Shown: positions 37,183-47,131, counted from the stretch's first letter. The stretch: 64,000 nucleotides of DNA from an uncultured Roseivirgaceae bacterium (GCA_964543195.1 CAZIXF010000014.1:27144-91143), one strand, 5' to 3'. Notes: generated from the sequence alone by a model not told the origin. Numbers and translations: made by a program.

Positions 37183-40100
37183 TTAAAATCCATCATCCGT
37201 TTCTTCCTCTTCTTCTATTTCTTCCGGGATGGCGAATCCATCATCCGCGGGTTCTTCCTGGGGAAGGATCGGGATGGTCTTCTGCGCCGGAGCATAATCG
37301 ATTTCATAGGGTTCGGTTATGCCCAGGTATTCTGCCCTGAACCGGTCCACAAAACGCATGGCATCACTGAATTCTCCATCCAGGTAAAAATATTCGCCAA
37401 AATTCGCCTTGAGCGCATCAGTCTTGTCGGCAATTATTTCGAGATACTCCTCGTTGCTTGAGGAGGTAATGATGCGGTTTTCTTCAAAATTGAAGAAATA
37501 CCAGCAATTGGGGGAAAGTTGGAGGAATACATTGATAATATCACCGGTTTCATTCTTTTTTATTTCAACAAAACCCTGAGCCATGGCGTTTATATCATCC
37601 CGCATCACATTGGAAATGCCAATTTCACCTGTACTGTACCAGGCTTTATGTTCCTTCGACCATACCAGATCAATATCGGAGAGTATGAGGGTCTTCAGAA
37701 GCCTCTGGGAAATGGAAACCAGCGGCACATATTCCTGAAGAGATTGTTCTTCGAAATCAAGTGTAGCTCTCTCACCAATGATCTCCGATAATTTATACAG
37801 AGTTTTTGGATCATTCCCGTAGGCAACAGGAAGGCCGAGAAAATCGACCGTCTCCAGCATATGCAGGCCCATGGAATTGATGGCCTGCGAGGGCAGATCA
37901 AAATCCATGGTGATAAAGGAGTTCATCCTGTATTCATTGCCTTTAATGTTCCCTGATCCGATCCCGGCTGCTTCTATTTCAAAGTCATCGGATATCAGAT
38001 TGAAATCCACCGGGCCTTCGAATTCAAGATCCCCGGAATTCACTTTAAGATTATAAATTTTACCTGAATAGGATTGTCCCGTAATTTTCAAGGTATCTTC
38101 GATCAGATATATGCCGGAATCTGCCTCATAGGACAACATGCCTCCGGCAGTGAAAAAATCCTGATCCATTACTGATTTTTTATCGCCTACATAAGTAGCA
38201 TAAAGCCTGTCGGCGTTGTCATAATGAATGCCTGCGATCAAAGGTTCCTCATCTTCGGTTCTGGCTTTATTGAAGTCAATCACTACCTGCTGGGTTTCCG
38301 TTTCACTGCTCTGGTATCTGATCCAGATATCATTTTCAGGATCCGGGTTATATTCCAGTTTTACAAATCCATTCAATTCGAAGGCAGGGTCAGGGGCGTA
38401 CATGATGGCTTCACCTTTATATATCATGCCCGGGGAAATCACTACTCCGTCTTGTTCAAAGACGTATCCCATAGCCTTGGTATGCATTTTTTTATCTCCG
38501 CCTTTTTCATCATCGGCCACAAGCAGGAACTCATCAATTTTGATGGCAAAGGTATCATTCACTGCATTTACAAACTGATAGGTGGCATTGCCTTCAAATT
38601 CATTCCTGGAAAGGATATCGATAGTCCCGTCATAAAGTTTATGGTATTCATTAACCGTGTCGATCACAATAGTCGTATTGTACAGGGTGCCGATCCGTGC
38701 ATTTTCCAGCACCAGCACTTCGTTGTTTTCCGGTGTGATCTTGGCATCTGCCACTTTGATATAAGGGATCCCGGAAATGAGCAATTCCAGCTTATCAATA
38801 TCATATACGGCCTCTGAGGCATTGAAAGCCAGTGAATCCAGTTCTTCCCGTGTGGCATAGAAATACGTATTTGAAATATCCACACCATCGGGTTTGGTCA
38901 TCACGACGGTACGGTCATCAAGGTTCCACCGGGCATTGGATATGGATGTTTTGAACTGGGCAAACGGGAAGTTGATGGCTGCCATACCCTCAATCTCTGG
39001 ACCGATATCAGCATAATTCTGCGACAGGTTGAAGTTAAGCCGGATGTCCTCACCCGAAAGCGCGGGTTTTTCAGGATTATTGGATTTGATCTCGAACCGG
39101 GCATGACGCGCACCGAAGCGGGTCTCATTAAAAGAGAACTGGTTTGATTGGGCCACTGCACCCCTGGTCAGCAGGGTACCGTTACCAAATCCTCCCTGCC
39201 GGTTCACCACATACATGCCATCCAGGGTGGCCGTATTGTCGTAAAGTGAAAACGGATCTTCCAGGTTACGGATATACATGCTGTCCTTGGCAGGAAGCCA
39301 TTTAAGCCTGAAGTTTTCAACCCAGGCATCCGGAAAACTTCCTCTTTCATATTCACCTTTACGCATGGTAAAGGAGGTTCCTTCTCCCGTGAGAGAATCC
39401 ATAAAGAAAGTAAATTGTTCTGATTTGAGTGTGGAAGTGAGATAATTAACTGAGCCCGTGGTGGTCAGCCCATTCTGATCCAGTTTTAAATTATCATATA
39501 TTCTGCCCTCTCCATCGTATAACTGGTATCCTTCGGGTGCAATGGTGTGTTCAAACCCGAGAGAGTTATCCTCCATGATATGGAGTGTTTCCTCAAATTG
39601 AGGTAATATTCCTTCAGCCACAAATACACCGTCAAAGCCGATAGCCGCCGGGTCACTTCCGCTTAAACTGTCTATCTGGAAAGGAGGGATCACAAAATAG
39701 ATGGATTTATCATAAGCACCGTCAAGTACTTCATGGTTATCAAAATATACAATTGCACCCTGTTCAGCGTCAAACCTCGGATATTCGGGATATATTTTCT
39801 GCCCTGATTTATTATCGGGCCGGTTGATAAACAAACGACCGGTGCTGCCATCAAATTCTTTGGCCAGTCCGTCCATGGTTTCCCGGGCTGATGAGTCGGT
39901 GGCCGAAACCAGTTTGTTATCTACCCGGCGCTTTCCTCCTGTTTCAAGATCATCGATGTAAAAACGGATAGAATCAATCGTGTTGAGATCGACAAAAAAA
40001 CTGTCATAATTAAACAGAAATTCCCTTCCTATGAATTCAAAATTACCTGCAAAAAGTTGTCCGTTGAATTTGAGATCCCGGTCTCTTTTTACCGTAATTT

Positions 40101-42201
40101 CATTATCCCCGGGCATTATGTACACATCCAGTATTTCACTGATGTAAAACCGGCTGATCCCTCTTATCGTCATTTCTTCATCGGCAATATCGATGGTCGC
40201 GTTGGGCTTTAAAGGAGATAAAGACTTTATTTTCAGGTCATCATAATCTTTTCTGAAACGATTGGCATCCACATAATGAAAAGCCTTGTCCCTGACCATA
40301 ATATCCCCGGTATTCTGATTGTAATCGATGAATTTATTCTGCATCAAGGCGATCATGGCCGATTTGACCTCGGTATCGTTCTGGCCCATTCTGCTGGCCA
40401 TATCATACACATTAAAATGTTTACTTTTGATCTTCCGGGCATAGTATACCGTCATGATCAAAGGATTGAAACTGTACATGCCCGCAAGGCTTTTCATATC
40501 TTTTTTATTGAAATAGTCGGCCGATTCGAAATAAGAAGAAACTATGTTTTGGGCACTCGAGATGGATATATCAATGCTGTCCTCGTCGAGGTCCCAGCGT
40601 ATCCTATCCGAATATATATCCATATTGAAATAAGAAGCAGTATAGGGTGTAATACGGTAAGTTCCGTTGTCCCGGCGTATCATGAGTTCCCTGTTATTGG
40701 GATTATAGTCAAGGCGGACCGCAGGATGATAGATCGAATCCCGGTTATGATATATGGTGATTTCAGCCTTTTCGGAAGTAATGATGGAATCACCCAGTGT
40801 AAACTGTGGCGAATAAGCCCGGAAATAATAACCGGATTCGTGCCGGACGGATAATTCCGATATTTTTCGCAATAAGGATTTACTGATGATCTTTTCTCCA
40901 ACAAGAGAAAATCCCCCTTTGAATATCAGATCCTTATCGACAGGGTAATAGACCCTGATGGAATGATCGTATGAGGTGAATCGTGGGTAAGTGGATTTTT
41001 CGCCGTCTCTTCTTGGAATGCTCCGGTAGAAAAAAGATCCTTCAACCGGTTTGTCTATTTTTTCATTATAGGTGAGCATCGACCGGACAGCATATATTTC
41101 AGAATTATTGGTATTCAATGCGAATTTACCCAGTTCACAGTAGACTTTCCCGGGATCAATTCCCAGGGTTGCCCAGTCGAATATTCCGCCTTCACCGATA
41201 AATTGTTCGTTGATCAGCAGGAAAGCACCGGAGGTAGTCCTGAGTGTCACCGAGTCATAATGGGTTTGAAAGGTAAGGTCAATGGTATTAAACCGGATCA
41301 ATGGCCCTTCTTCCGGAGGCAGAGGTTCATCAATGATGGCATCGATCATAGCCTGGTCATCTTCAGGCGAATTTTCGGCAGACAGGTTATTCATCGGGAT
41401 TTCACCCCAGGGATCGTTTTCAGGACCTGTGCCGGCATTGCCTTCATCATCCCGGTTACCGGAAGAATTACCCCAGTCATCCGTATTTTCAGCCCAGGGA
41501 TCACTGCCTTCCGCCCAGGGATCAGGATCCTCCTCCCGGTTATCATCACTTGCCCAGTTATCACCGGAACTGTCCCAATCGTCCGACCAATCGCCTGAAG
41601 TTTCCGCATCTTCCGGTTGAAGCTCACCAGGCTGATTATCTACAGCTACAGGCTCTTCAGGTATTTCCTCAGCCATAAAGTCATCGCCTTCAACATATTC
41701 AAAAGTGAAATCGATATTGCCGGCCAGGAGTTTATAGCCATTGGAATAATGGATGGCTTTATGTGTAAGGAAGGAGTTGATGTTCCTGAAAAAATCCCTG
41801 ATCTCTCCGCGGTTATGGTTCTGTAACACCTTAAGACTTACATCAAGGATCTGTTCCAGTGCCGATATTTGGACCAGCTCATTACCTCCGGCGTTGGTCA
41901 CCGTCTTCAATATATACAACAAGTAAGGAACCGTGGATAGCTGCCTTGACTCCAACGTGCTGTATATTGTATCGATTTGGGATTGCTGACTGGCCGTAAG
42001 CCCCCCTCCATCCCAGAGGATCTGGAAATCCAGTGCCAGCTCAATGGCAGAAGGTATCTTGGTCCGGTATACCTTGACCAGTATTTCACCTGCCACATCA
42101 TCACGCGCCGGGATGCTATCCGGCAACTGCGCATTGGAGGCAGGCCTGATGGTCAGGAACAGGAAAAGTAAAGTTATATATCTCAGGAATCTCAAATCCA
42201 A
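37183..42201 (-). CDS. very large secreted hypothetical protein (1672 aa)
   Basis: Uninterrupted 5-kb ORF with signal peptide '..TIRPASNAQ', an acidic D-x-W tract and an acidic C-terminal tail. I recognise no domain. Confidence 0.85.
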   Translation of the reverse strand: MDLRFLRYITLLFLFLTIRPASNAQLPDSIPARDDVAGEILVKVYRTKIPSAIELALDFQILWDGGGLTASQQSQIDTIYSTLESRQLSTVPYLLYILKTVTNAGGNELVQISALEQILDVSLKVLQNHNRGEIRDFFRNINSFLTHKAIHYSNGYKLLAGNIDFTFEYVEGDDFMAEEIPEEPVAVDNQPGELQPEDAETSGDWSDDWDSSGDNWASDDNREEDPDPWAEGSDPWAENTDDWGNSSGNRDDEGNAGTGPENDPWGEIPMNNLSAENSPEDDQAMIDAIIDEPLPPEEGPLIRFNTIDLTFQTHYDSVTLRTTSGAFLLINEQFIGEGGIFDWATLGIDPGKVYCELGKFALNTNNSEIYAVRSMLTYNEKIDKPVEGSFFYRSIPRRDGEKSTYPRFTSYDHSIRVYYPVDKDLIFKGGFSLVGEKIISKSLLRKISELSVRHESGYYFRAYSPQFTLGDSIITSEKAEITIYHNRDSIYHPAVRLDYNPNNRELMIRRDNGTYRITPYTASYFNMDIYSDRIRWDLDEDSIDISISSAQNIVSSYFESADYFNKKDMKSLAGMYSFNPLIMTVYYARKIKSKHFNVYDMASRMGQNDTEVKSAMIALMQNKFIDYNQNTGDIMVRDKAFHYVDANRFRKDYDDLKIKSLSPLKPNATIDIADEEMTIRGISRFYISEILDVYIMPGDNEITVKRDRDLKFNGQLFAGNFEFIGREFLFNYDSFFVDLNTIDSIRFYIDDLETGGKRRVDNKLVSATDSSARETMDGLAKEFDGSTGRLFINRPDNKSGQKIYPEYPRFDAEQGAIVYFDNHEVLDGAYDKSIYFVIPPFQIDSLSGSDPAAIGFDGVFVAEGILPQFEETLHIMEDNSLGFEHTIAPEGYQLYDGEGRIYDNLKLDQNGLTTTGSVNYLTSTLKSEQFTFFMDSLTGEGTSFTMRKGEYERGSFPDAWVENFRLKWLPAKDSMYIRNLEDPFSLYDNTATLDGMYVVNRQGGFGNGTLLTRGAVAQSNQFSFNETRFGARHARFEIKSNNPEKPALSGEDIRLNFNLSQNYADIGPEIEGMAAINFPFAQFKTSISNARWNLDDRTVVMTKPDGVDISNTYFYATREELDSLAFNASEAVYDIDKLELLISGIPYIKVADAKITPENNEVLVLENARIGTLYNTTIVIDTVNEYHKLYDGTIDILSRNEFEGNATYQFVNAVNDTFAIKIDEFLLVADDEKGGDKKMHTKAMGYVFEQDGVVISPGMIYKGEAIMYAPDPAFELNGFVKLEYNPDPENDIWIRYQSSETETQQVVIDFNKARTEDEEPLIAGIHYDNADRLYATYVGDKKSVMDQDFFTAGGMLSYEADSGIYLIEDTLKITGQSYSGKIYNLKVNSGDLEFEGPVDFNLISDDFEIEAAGIGSGNIKGNEYRMNSFITMDFDLPSQAINSMGLHMLETVDFLGLPVAYGNDPKTLYKLSEIIGERATLDFEEQSLQEYVPLVSISQRLLKTLILSDIDLVWSKEHKAWYSTGEIGISNVMRDDINAMAQGFVEIKKNETGDIINVFLQLSPNCWYFFNFEENRIITSSSNEEYLEIIADKTDALKANFGEYFYLDGEFSDAMRFVDRFRAEYLGITEPYEIDYAPAQKTIPILPQEEPADDGFAIPEEIEEEEETDDGF

Positions 42202-42292
42202 TAATCCATTAAATCATTCTTACGCTTTCCGGCTGATATGCGTTACATTTATAACGAATTGGAACAGGTATCTTTTACTATTTCAGTGAAAA

Positions 42293-43135
42293 TTACGGAG
42301 ATTTTTTCTGAAATACCATAACTGCCCAGTTATTCCTTGTGTGGGTTTTTTGTAGGGACAAGTCATGTTTATCGGCCGCTTTCCCGATAAGCCGGGTATC
42401 CTCTTTATAAAATCCGCTCAATATCAATGATCCATCCAATAAAAGCCATTGACTGAAAAGAGATATATCTTCCAGGATGATATTTCTGGTGATATTGGCC
42501 AGGATAAAATGAAAGGCTGATGAAGACGGGATTATACTGGCGTCTCCTTCAAGGACCTGTATTCGGTTACAACCATTTAAATCGATGTTTTCCAGGGCAT
42601 TCCGGACTGCGTTGGGATCGATATCGTAGCCGGTCACCGATCGTGCACCTGATTTTTCTGCAGCGATGGATAATATACCCGTACCACAACCGGCGTCTAG
42701 TACATCCTTTTTTTCAAGATCTGCTTCGAGCAGCATTTCGATCATCAGGACGGTCGTATCATGATGGCCCGTGCCAAAGGACATTTTAGGGTTTATGATG
42801 ATTTCGATGGGATAACCGGCCACCGGCTGATGGAAAGCAGACCGGATCAGGAATCGATCTTTTATTATAACCGGATCGTAACTGTTTTCCCAAACTGCAT
42901 TCCAGTTTTTTTCTTCAATTGATGCCGTCGTGTAATCCAGGATACCTCGTTCTTTTTTCGATTTCAGGATGTTTGTTATTGCTTGAACTTCGGGGGATTC
43001 TTCGTTCAGATATATCTGAAAACCATCTTCAGTTTCTACAAATGAATCTATCCCTGAACCGGCCAGCTCGGCGATCAGAAGATCTTTATTGCCGGAGCGG
43101 CACGATATGCTGAATATCTTGTAATGTGATGGCAT
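42293..43135 (-). CDS. prmA: ribosomal protein L11 methyltransferase
   Basis: 280 aa. 'FGTGHHDTT' and 'VLDAGCGTGILSIAA' are PrmA motifs. Confidence 0.9.
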   Translation of the reverse strand: MPSHYKIFSISCRSGNKDLLIAELAGSGIDSFVETEDGFQIYLNEESPEVQAITNILKSKKERGILDYTTASIEEKNWNAVWENSYDPVIIKDRFLIRSAFHQPVAGYPIEIIINPKMSFGTGHHDTTVLMIEMLLEADLEKKDVLDAGCGTGILSIAAEKSGARSVTGYDIDPNAVRNALENIDLNGCNRIQVLEGDASIIPSSSAFHFILANITRNIILEDISLFSQWLLLDGSLILSGFYKEDTRLIGKAADKHDLSLQKTHTRNNWAVMVFQKKSP

Positions 43136-43497
43136 TAATTATTACAACCGGCAAATGACTCAAAAGAGGTAAAATAAATACTGAAATCAGCCTGGCCTTT
43201 TGATTCGACAAAGTAAACCGAAAAGTCGGCAAAAGCTTGTTTATCGGTAAAATACCATATGCCCGGCCGGTCGGCGAAAAGAGAGTTGTCCGTTTCGAAT
43301 ACAAGCAGACCGGCAAAAGCCTCTGAGCTTTCTTCGTAAATAAGAAAATCAGCCTGACTGGGATATTCTGCAATATATACGGAACCCCGGAGGTCACAGT
43401 AGTCCACCTGTATTGCTTCCGTCGCCACCTGCCTTGTGGTGGGATCCAGGATGCAGAATAATAGGATACCCCAAATGATTTTCATTTTATTGATCAA
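43135..43497 (-). CDS. small secreted protein with repeated 'ADF-x-[IV]Y' units
   Basis: 120 aa with an N-terminal hydrophobic leader and internal repeats 'SQADFLIYEESSEAFAG', 'FADFSVYFVESKGQADFSIYFTSFESFAG'. The stop overlaps the prmA start by 1 nt. Confidence 0.6.
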   Translation of the reverse strand: MINKMKIIWGILLFCILDPTTRQVATEAIQVDYCDLRGSVYIAEYPSQADFLIYEESSEAFAGLLVFETDNSLFADRPGIWYFTDKQAFADFSVYFVESKGQADFSIYFTSFESFAGCNN

Positions 43498-43723
43498 AGG
43501 ATTGTATAAAAAACATGAATTTAATTATTCCGGAGGCTTGTCAGGTTATTTCCAATCTTGTTGATCACCTGTTAAAAACCATTGGACTGTTTTTGATATA
43601 CTTTCCAGGCCCGGTTTGGTTTTCGGATAAATCTCCGGTAAAATCCGTATTCTACAGAACATGGATCTGATTCACTGAAAGTCAAATCCCGTTCATTTTT
43701 CACACAATCCCTTTTTATCCTGT

Positions 43724-44485
43724 TTAAAATGACTTGATAATATCTATAAAATCTCTCGATTTCAAAGAAGCACCGCCAATCAGTCCGCCATCCACATCTT
43801 CTCCCGCAAATAATTCCTTCGCATTGCTTGGCTTGCAGCTTCCACCGTATAATATAGAAATATTCTCAGCAAATTCCTTACCATATTTCTGAGCAATGTG
43901 CTTTCTGATGGCTGCATGCATTTCCTGCGCCTGATCGGTCGTGGCGGTTTCACCTGTGCCAATAGCCCAGATCGGTTCATAGGCAATTACTATATTCCTG
44001 AATTGTTCCCCGGTCAGGTGAAAGAGACTCTGGCTGATCTGATCGGTGACAAATTGCCGGTAGGTGCCGTTTTTTCTAATATCCAGCGACTCGCCGCAAC
44101 AGAATATGGGTGTCAGGCCTTCACTGAGGGTAATATCCACTTTTTTTGCCAGTAATTCATCCGTTTCGTTGAAATATTCCCTTCGTTCACTATGGCCTAT
44201 GATCACAAAGTCGCATCCGGTTGATTTCAACATGCCGACCGAGATCTCACCGGTATAGGCTCCCGATTCATTTTCATTACAGTTCTGGGCCCCGAGGAAT
44301 ACCTTATCGGCCGACTTAACCAGCTCATAAACCCGGTTAAGATGGATAAACGGCGGATTCAATATAACGGTCACATCATTCGACACTTCATCCCTGACCA
44401 TATTCACGATCTCGGAGGTCAGGGCTACCCCTTCATCAAGGGTTTTATTCATTTTCCAGTTTCCGGCTACTATTTTTTTTCTCAT
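43724..44485 (-). CDS. tpiA: triose-phosphate isomerase
   Basis: 253 aa. 'GNWKMN', 'IIGHSERR', 'AYEPIWAIGTG' and 'GGASL' are TIM motifs. Confidence 0.95.
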   Translation of the reverse strand: MRKKIVAGNWKMNKTLDEGVALTSEIVNMVRDEVSNDVTVILNPPFIHLNRVYELVKSADKVFLGAQNCNENESGAYTGEISVGMLKSTGCDFVIIGHSERREYFNETDELLAKKVDITLSEGLTPIFCCGESLDIRKNGTYRQFVTDQISQSLFHLTGEQFRNIVIAYEPIWAIGTGETATTDQAQEMHAAIRKHIAQKYGKEFAENISILYGGSCKPSNAKELFAGEDVDGGLIGGASLKSRDFIDIIKSF

Positions 44486-44521
44486 AATTTCAAAAATTTT
44501 TTGTGTAGGAAAAATTCATCT

Positions 44522-44529
44522 CAAAGATA
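44522..44529 (-). promoter_or_regulatory. Bacteroidota -7 box (TATCTTTG on minus strand)
   Basis: CAAAGATA on the + strand, 37 nt upstream of the tpiA ATG (44485). Confidence 0.35.
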
Positions 44530-44579
44530 CATTTTTTAAGCCGGGAAAGCGGCCATCAGCCGGAGAAATACTGTTTCAC

Positions 44580-45704
44580 TCAGAATGCTTCCTTTATGGA
44601 AAGGTAGATGGCATACTGATCACCGGGGCCTTTGCCTATATCGAGCCGGAGGTTGAGCTTTTCGTCCCTGAGCGGGCGGAACCTTCCTCCAATGCCATAA
44701 ACGAATTTCATTTCACGAAGACCGGACTCCGAAAAGCTCGGGGCTACATTGCCGATCCCTCCGAACACAACACCTCCCAGCTTCCAGAATAATTCCCTTC
44801 TCCCTTCCACCTGCATATAATACGCATGTTTGTCGCGATAGCGGTTTTCGTGTTCAATACCCCTAAGCCGTACATCGCCTCCCAGCCTGGGGAGCCGGTA
44901 AAAGGGGACTCGTTCTCCCGATACCTGATTATAATAAAATTGAAAAGCCAGTATGTTTTTTTCTGATACAACTGTGTTATACGTCCTGAAGTCCAGCGAC
45001 AGGTTATTGAAAACAAAATCATTGCCGAAAGTACCCGGGAACAACAGGTTTTTGAACTCCAGGTATATGCCCTTCTGCGGATAATAAATATCATTCCTTG
45101 AATCCAGTCTGAACAAAGGGCCGAATCCGAGAATATGACCGCCTTCAGTTCCAATAATACCGTTTCGAAGGAGTGTACTGTTCTGTTCAAAACCCGAAAG
45201 TTGATTGATCTGCCAGTCGTACCTCAATCCCAGGAAGATCCGGGATGTAGCGGACCATGAAATGTCTCCGCTGAAACGAAAAAACTTATCGGTATAAAGC
45301 TCACGGTCGGCATCCGAATCACGGCCTATGCCATAATAATAATCCGGATAATTAAAAAACCGCATCGTATGGTTGAGGTTGATAACCGGGGTGATATATA
45401 ATTCCGATTTAATGGCGGAAAGGATCTGGTTTCTGAGGGTATAAAGGAAATAGGGTGAGATGGAAGATGGCCTGTGAAAAGGAGCTTCCGGATCCTTTTC
45501 CGGTAACCGGAAAATCAATATGCCCACGCCACCGAAAGACAGAGAGGTTTCCGGTGCATAACCTACAGCCGGATAAGCGGCAAATTTTATTTTTGATGAA
45601 GGCATTCCATCAATTGAATCGTTTTGATTTTTCTGTCCGGAGGAAAAATTGTATCCCAGCATAAAAAACACCAGGATCAAGTAAAATCTTTTGAAGAAGG
45701 ACAT
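44580..45704 (-). CDS. BamA/TamA (Omp85) family outer-membrane barrel protein without POTRA domains
   Basis: 374 aa. The signal peptide is followed directly by barrel-like sequence, and 'LGG...LRG' plus the terminal '...IYLSIKEAF' resemble the Omp85 surface-antigen domain. Confidence 0.7.
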   Translation of the reverse strand: MSFFKRFYLILVFFMLGYNFSSGQKNQNDSIDGMPSSKIKFAAYPAVGYAPETSLSFGGVGILIFRLPEKDPEAPFHRPSSISPYFLYTLRNQILSAIKSELYITPVINLNHTMRFFNYPDYYYGIGRDSDADRELYTDKFFRFSGDISWSATSRIFLGLRYDWQINQLSGFEQNSTLLRNGIIGTEGGHILGFGPLFRLDSRNDIYYPQKGIYLEFKNLLFPGTFGNDFVFNNLSLDFRTYNTVVSEKNILAFQFYYNQVSGERVPFYRLPRLGGDVRLRGIEHENRYRDKHAYYMQVEGRRELFWKLGGVVFGGIGNVAPSFSESGLREMKFVYGIGGRFRPLRDEKLNLRLDIGKGPGDQYAIYLSIKEAF

Positions 45705-45716
45705 GTAAGCAAATCT

Positions 45717-46304
45717 TTAATCCAGCCAGTATCTTGATTCAAACATCAATGTCAACGCTACACCTGCAATCGCCGCAGAGAGCACCATATACCAGTCCCG
45801 TCGACTCACCCCCAGGTTATTGACGAAGATCCAGGAGATGATAAGATATAAGAACATGATCAGAACAAAGGCGAGCATAACGCCTGTATTGAACCCCAGG
45901 AGTGGGATAGTAATGGCCCTGTAGATCCCGGCAATATTCTTCAGGTATCCGGCTAATCCAAAGCCATGGATTATGCCAAAAACGGTGGCCATGATATGCC
46001 GGGAAGGGGATCTCGAAGCTACGGAGGCCTGTTTTTTGAAAATATTGGAAAAAGCCGCAATAAAAATGGTTAAGGGGATCAGATACCGGATTACCTCCAG
46101 ATTTGGATTGATAATCCGGAACCCGGAAAATGAAAGGGAAAGTGTTATCCCGGCCATATAAAATAACAGCAATACAAAGGCCCTTTTCCAGTCCCGCAGA
46201 AGATAGATGGCCATGAGTGCCACAACAAAAAGCATCTGCTCCACACTGTAAAGATCCATGATATAGCGATATCCAAGTTTCAGATATAAAATGAATGTTG
46301 ACAT
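45717..46304 (-). CDS. HupE/UreJ family membrane protein
   Basis: 195 aa with 6 TM segments and 'IIHGFGLAGYL', similar to the HupE/UreJ conserved segment. Confidence 0.6.
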   Translation of the reverse strand: MSTFILYLKLGYRYIMDLYSVEQMLFVVALMAIYLLRDWKRAFVLLLFYMAGITLSLSFSGFRIINPNLEVIRYLIPLTIFIAAFSNIFKKQASVASRSPSRHIMATVFGIIHGFGLAGYLKNIAGIYRAITIPLLGFNTGVMLAFVLIMFLYLIISWIFVNNLGVSRRDWYMVLSAAIAGVALTLMFESRYWLD

Positions 46305-46394
46305 AAAAGTGTAGTCAGATGGTCAGGCAAAGTTAATCTAACAGGGTGAATTATCCTCTTTTAAATGATGGAATGAATTTTAATGTAATACACG

Positions 46395-46958
46395 TTATTT
46401 CTTATTTTCAGTAAAAGGGGCTTCATGAAATATATCCCAGTTTTTACCATTATGTTTGAGCAGTACGATCTTATCGACCACAAAATCTGCCGAAAATGAT
46501 TTGTCCCTGAATTCTTCCCAGGCTTTATGAAAATTATCTTTGGAGAGATCCCTCGTTGCAAGGGTTATGTGCGGACTGAATCGTCCTGCCCTGATCACCT
46601 TATCGGTCAGGGTCAACCATTTTTCTGTGGCCAGGACAAATCTTGAATAGAGATCTTCGAGGATTCGATTCCTGGAAATGTTGATATAAAGAACTCTGGG
46701 AGGAAAAGCACCATAATCTTTCAGTGTGACCGTAAATGCTTTCTCCTTTTCACTGAACCTTTCGATCTCCCGGATAATTATGTCTTGATCTGTTTCAGGC
46801 CACCGGAAGGGGGGTATCAATGTGATGTGGGGGGGCGATTTCAGCGCATGTGCCGCTTTATAATTTTCCTTCATATATTCTTTTAACCCGGATATGATAT
46901 TCCTTACATCTTCCGGAGGAAGAATGGCAATGAAGTACAACGTTTTTGAAGGTTTCAT
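46395..46958 (-). CDS. 2H phosphoesterase (2'-5' RNA ligase/LigT-like) family protein
   Basis: Two H-x-T-x motifs, 'PHITLIPP' and 'PHITLATR'. The internal ATG (MKPSKTLYF..) is preferred over the track TTG start at 47093. The start coordinate is computed from the track frame and may be off by 1 nt. Confidence 0.8.
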   Translation of the reverse strand: MKPSKTLYFIAILPPEDVRNIISGLKEYMKENYKAAHALKSPPHITLIPPFRWPETDQDIIIREIERFSEKEKAFTVTLKDYGAFPPRVLYINISRNRILEDLYSRFVLATEKWLTLTDKVIRAGRFSPHITLATRDLSKDNFHKAWEEFRDKSFSADFVVDKIVLLKHNGKNWDIFHEAPFTENKK

Positions 46959-47131
46959 AAAAGCATGAAAAAATGACGGGATGGTTGTAAAATGAACTTC
47001 CAGTGTAATCGAGAGTAACAGTGCCGGACCATTTTCAATATATTGGCACGTTATATTCTCGTTAAAACCCGGACGGTTTATTACCCGGATCAACCATTTT
47101 ACGACAACCCGTCATTTTATTGATACCCGAA

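Noticed and set aside
37183-45704. The giant protein might be TamB, partnered with the Omp85-family gene at 44580..45704
   Set aside because: I cannot recognise a DUF490/AsmA-type C-terminus or a typical TamB sequence pattern by eye. Four genes (prmA, the small repeat protein, tpiA and the intervening spacer) separate the two. I keep it only as something to test by structure prediction.
46917-46923. Apparent extra A (AGGAAAG versus expected AGGAAG) that would frameshift the LigT-like gene between codons 58 and 59
   Set aside because: My hand translation put the N-terminal 58 codons one base out of register. The computed ORF track shows one uninterrupted 699-nt ORF (46395..47093). I attribute the discrepancy to my own base counting, though read-level confirmation of this A-run would be trivial.
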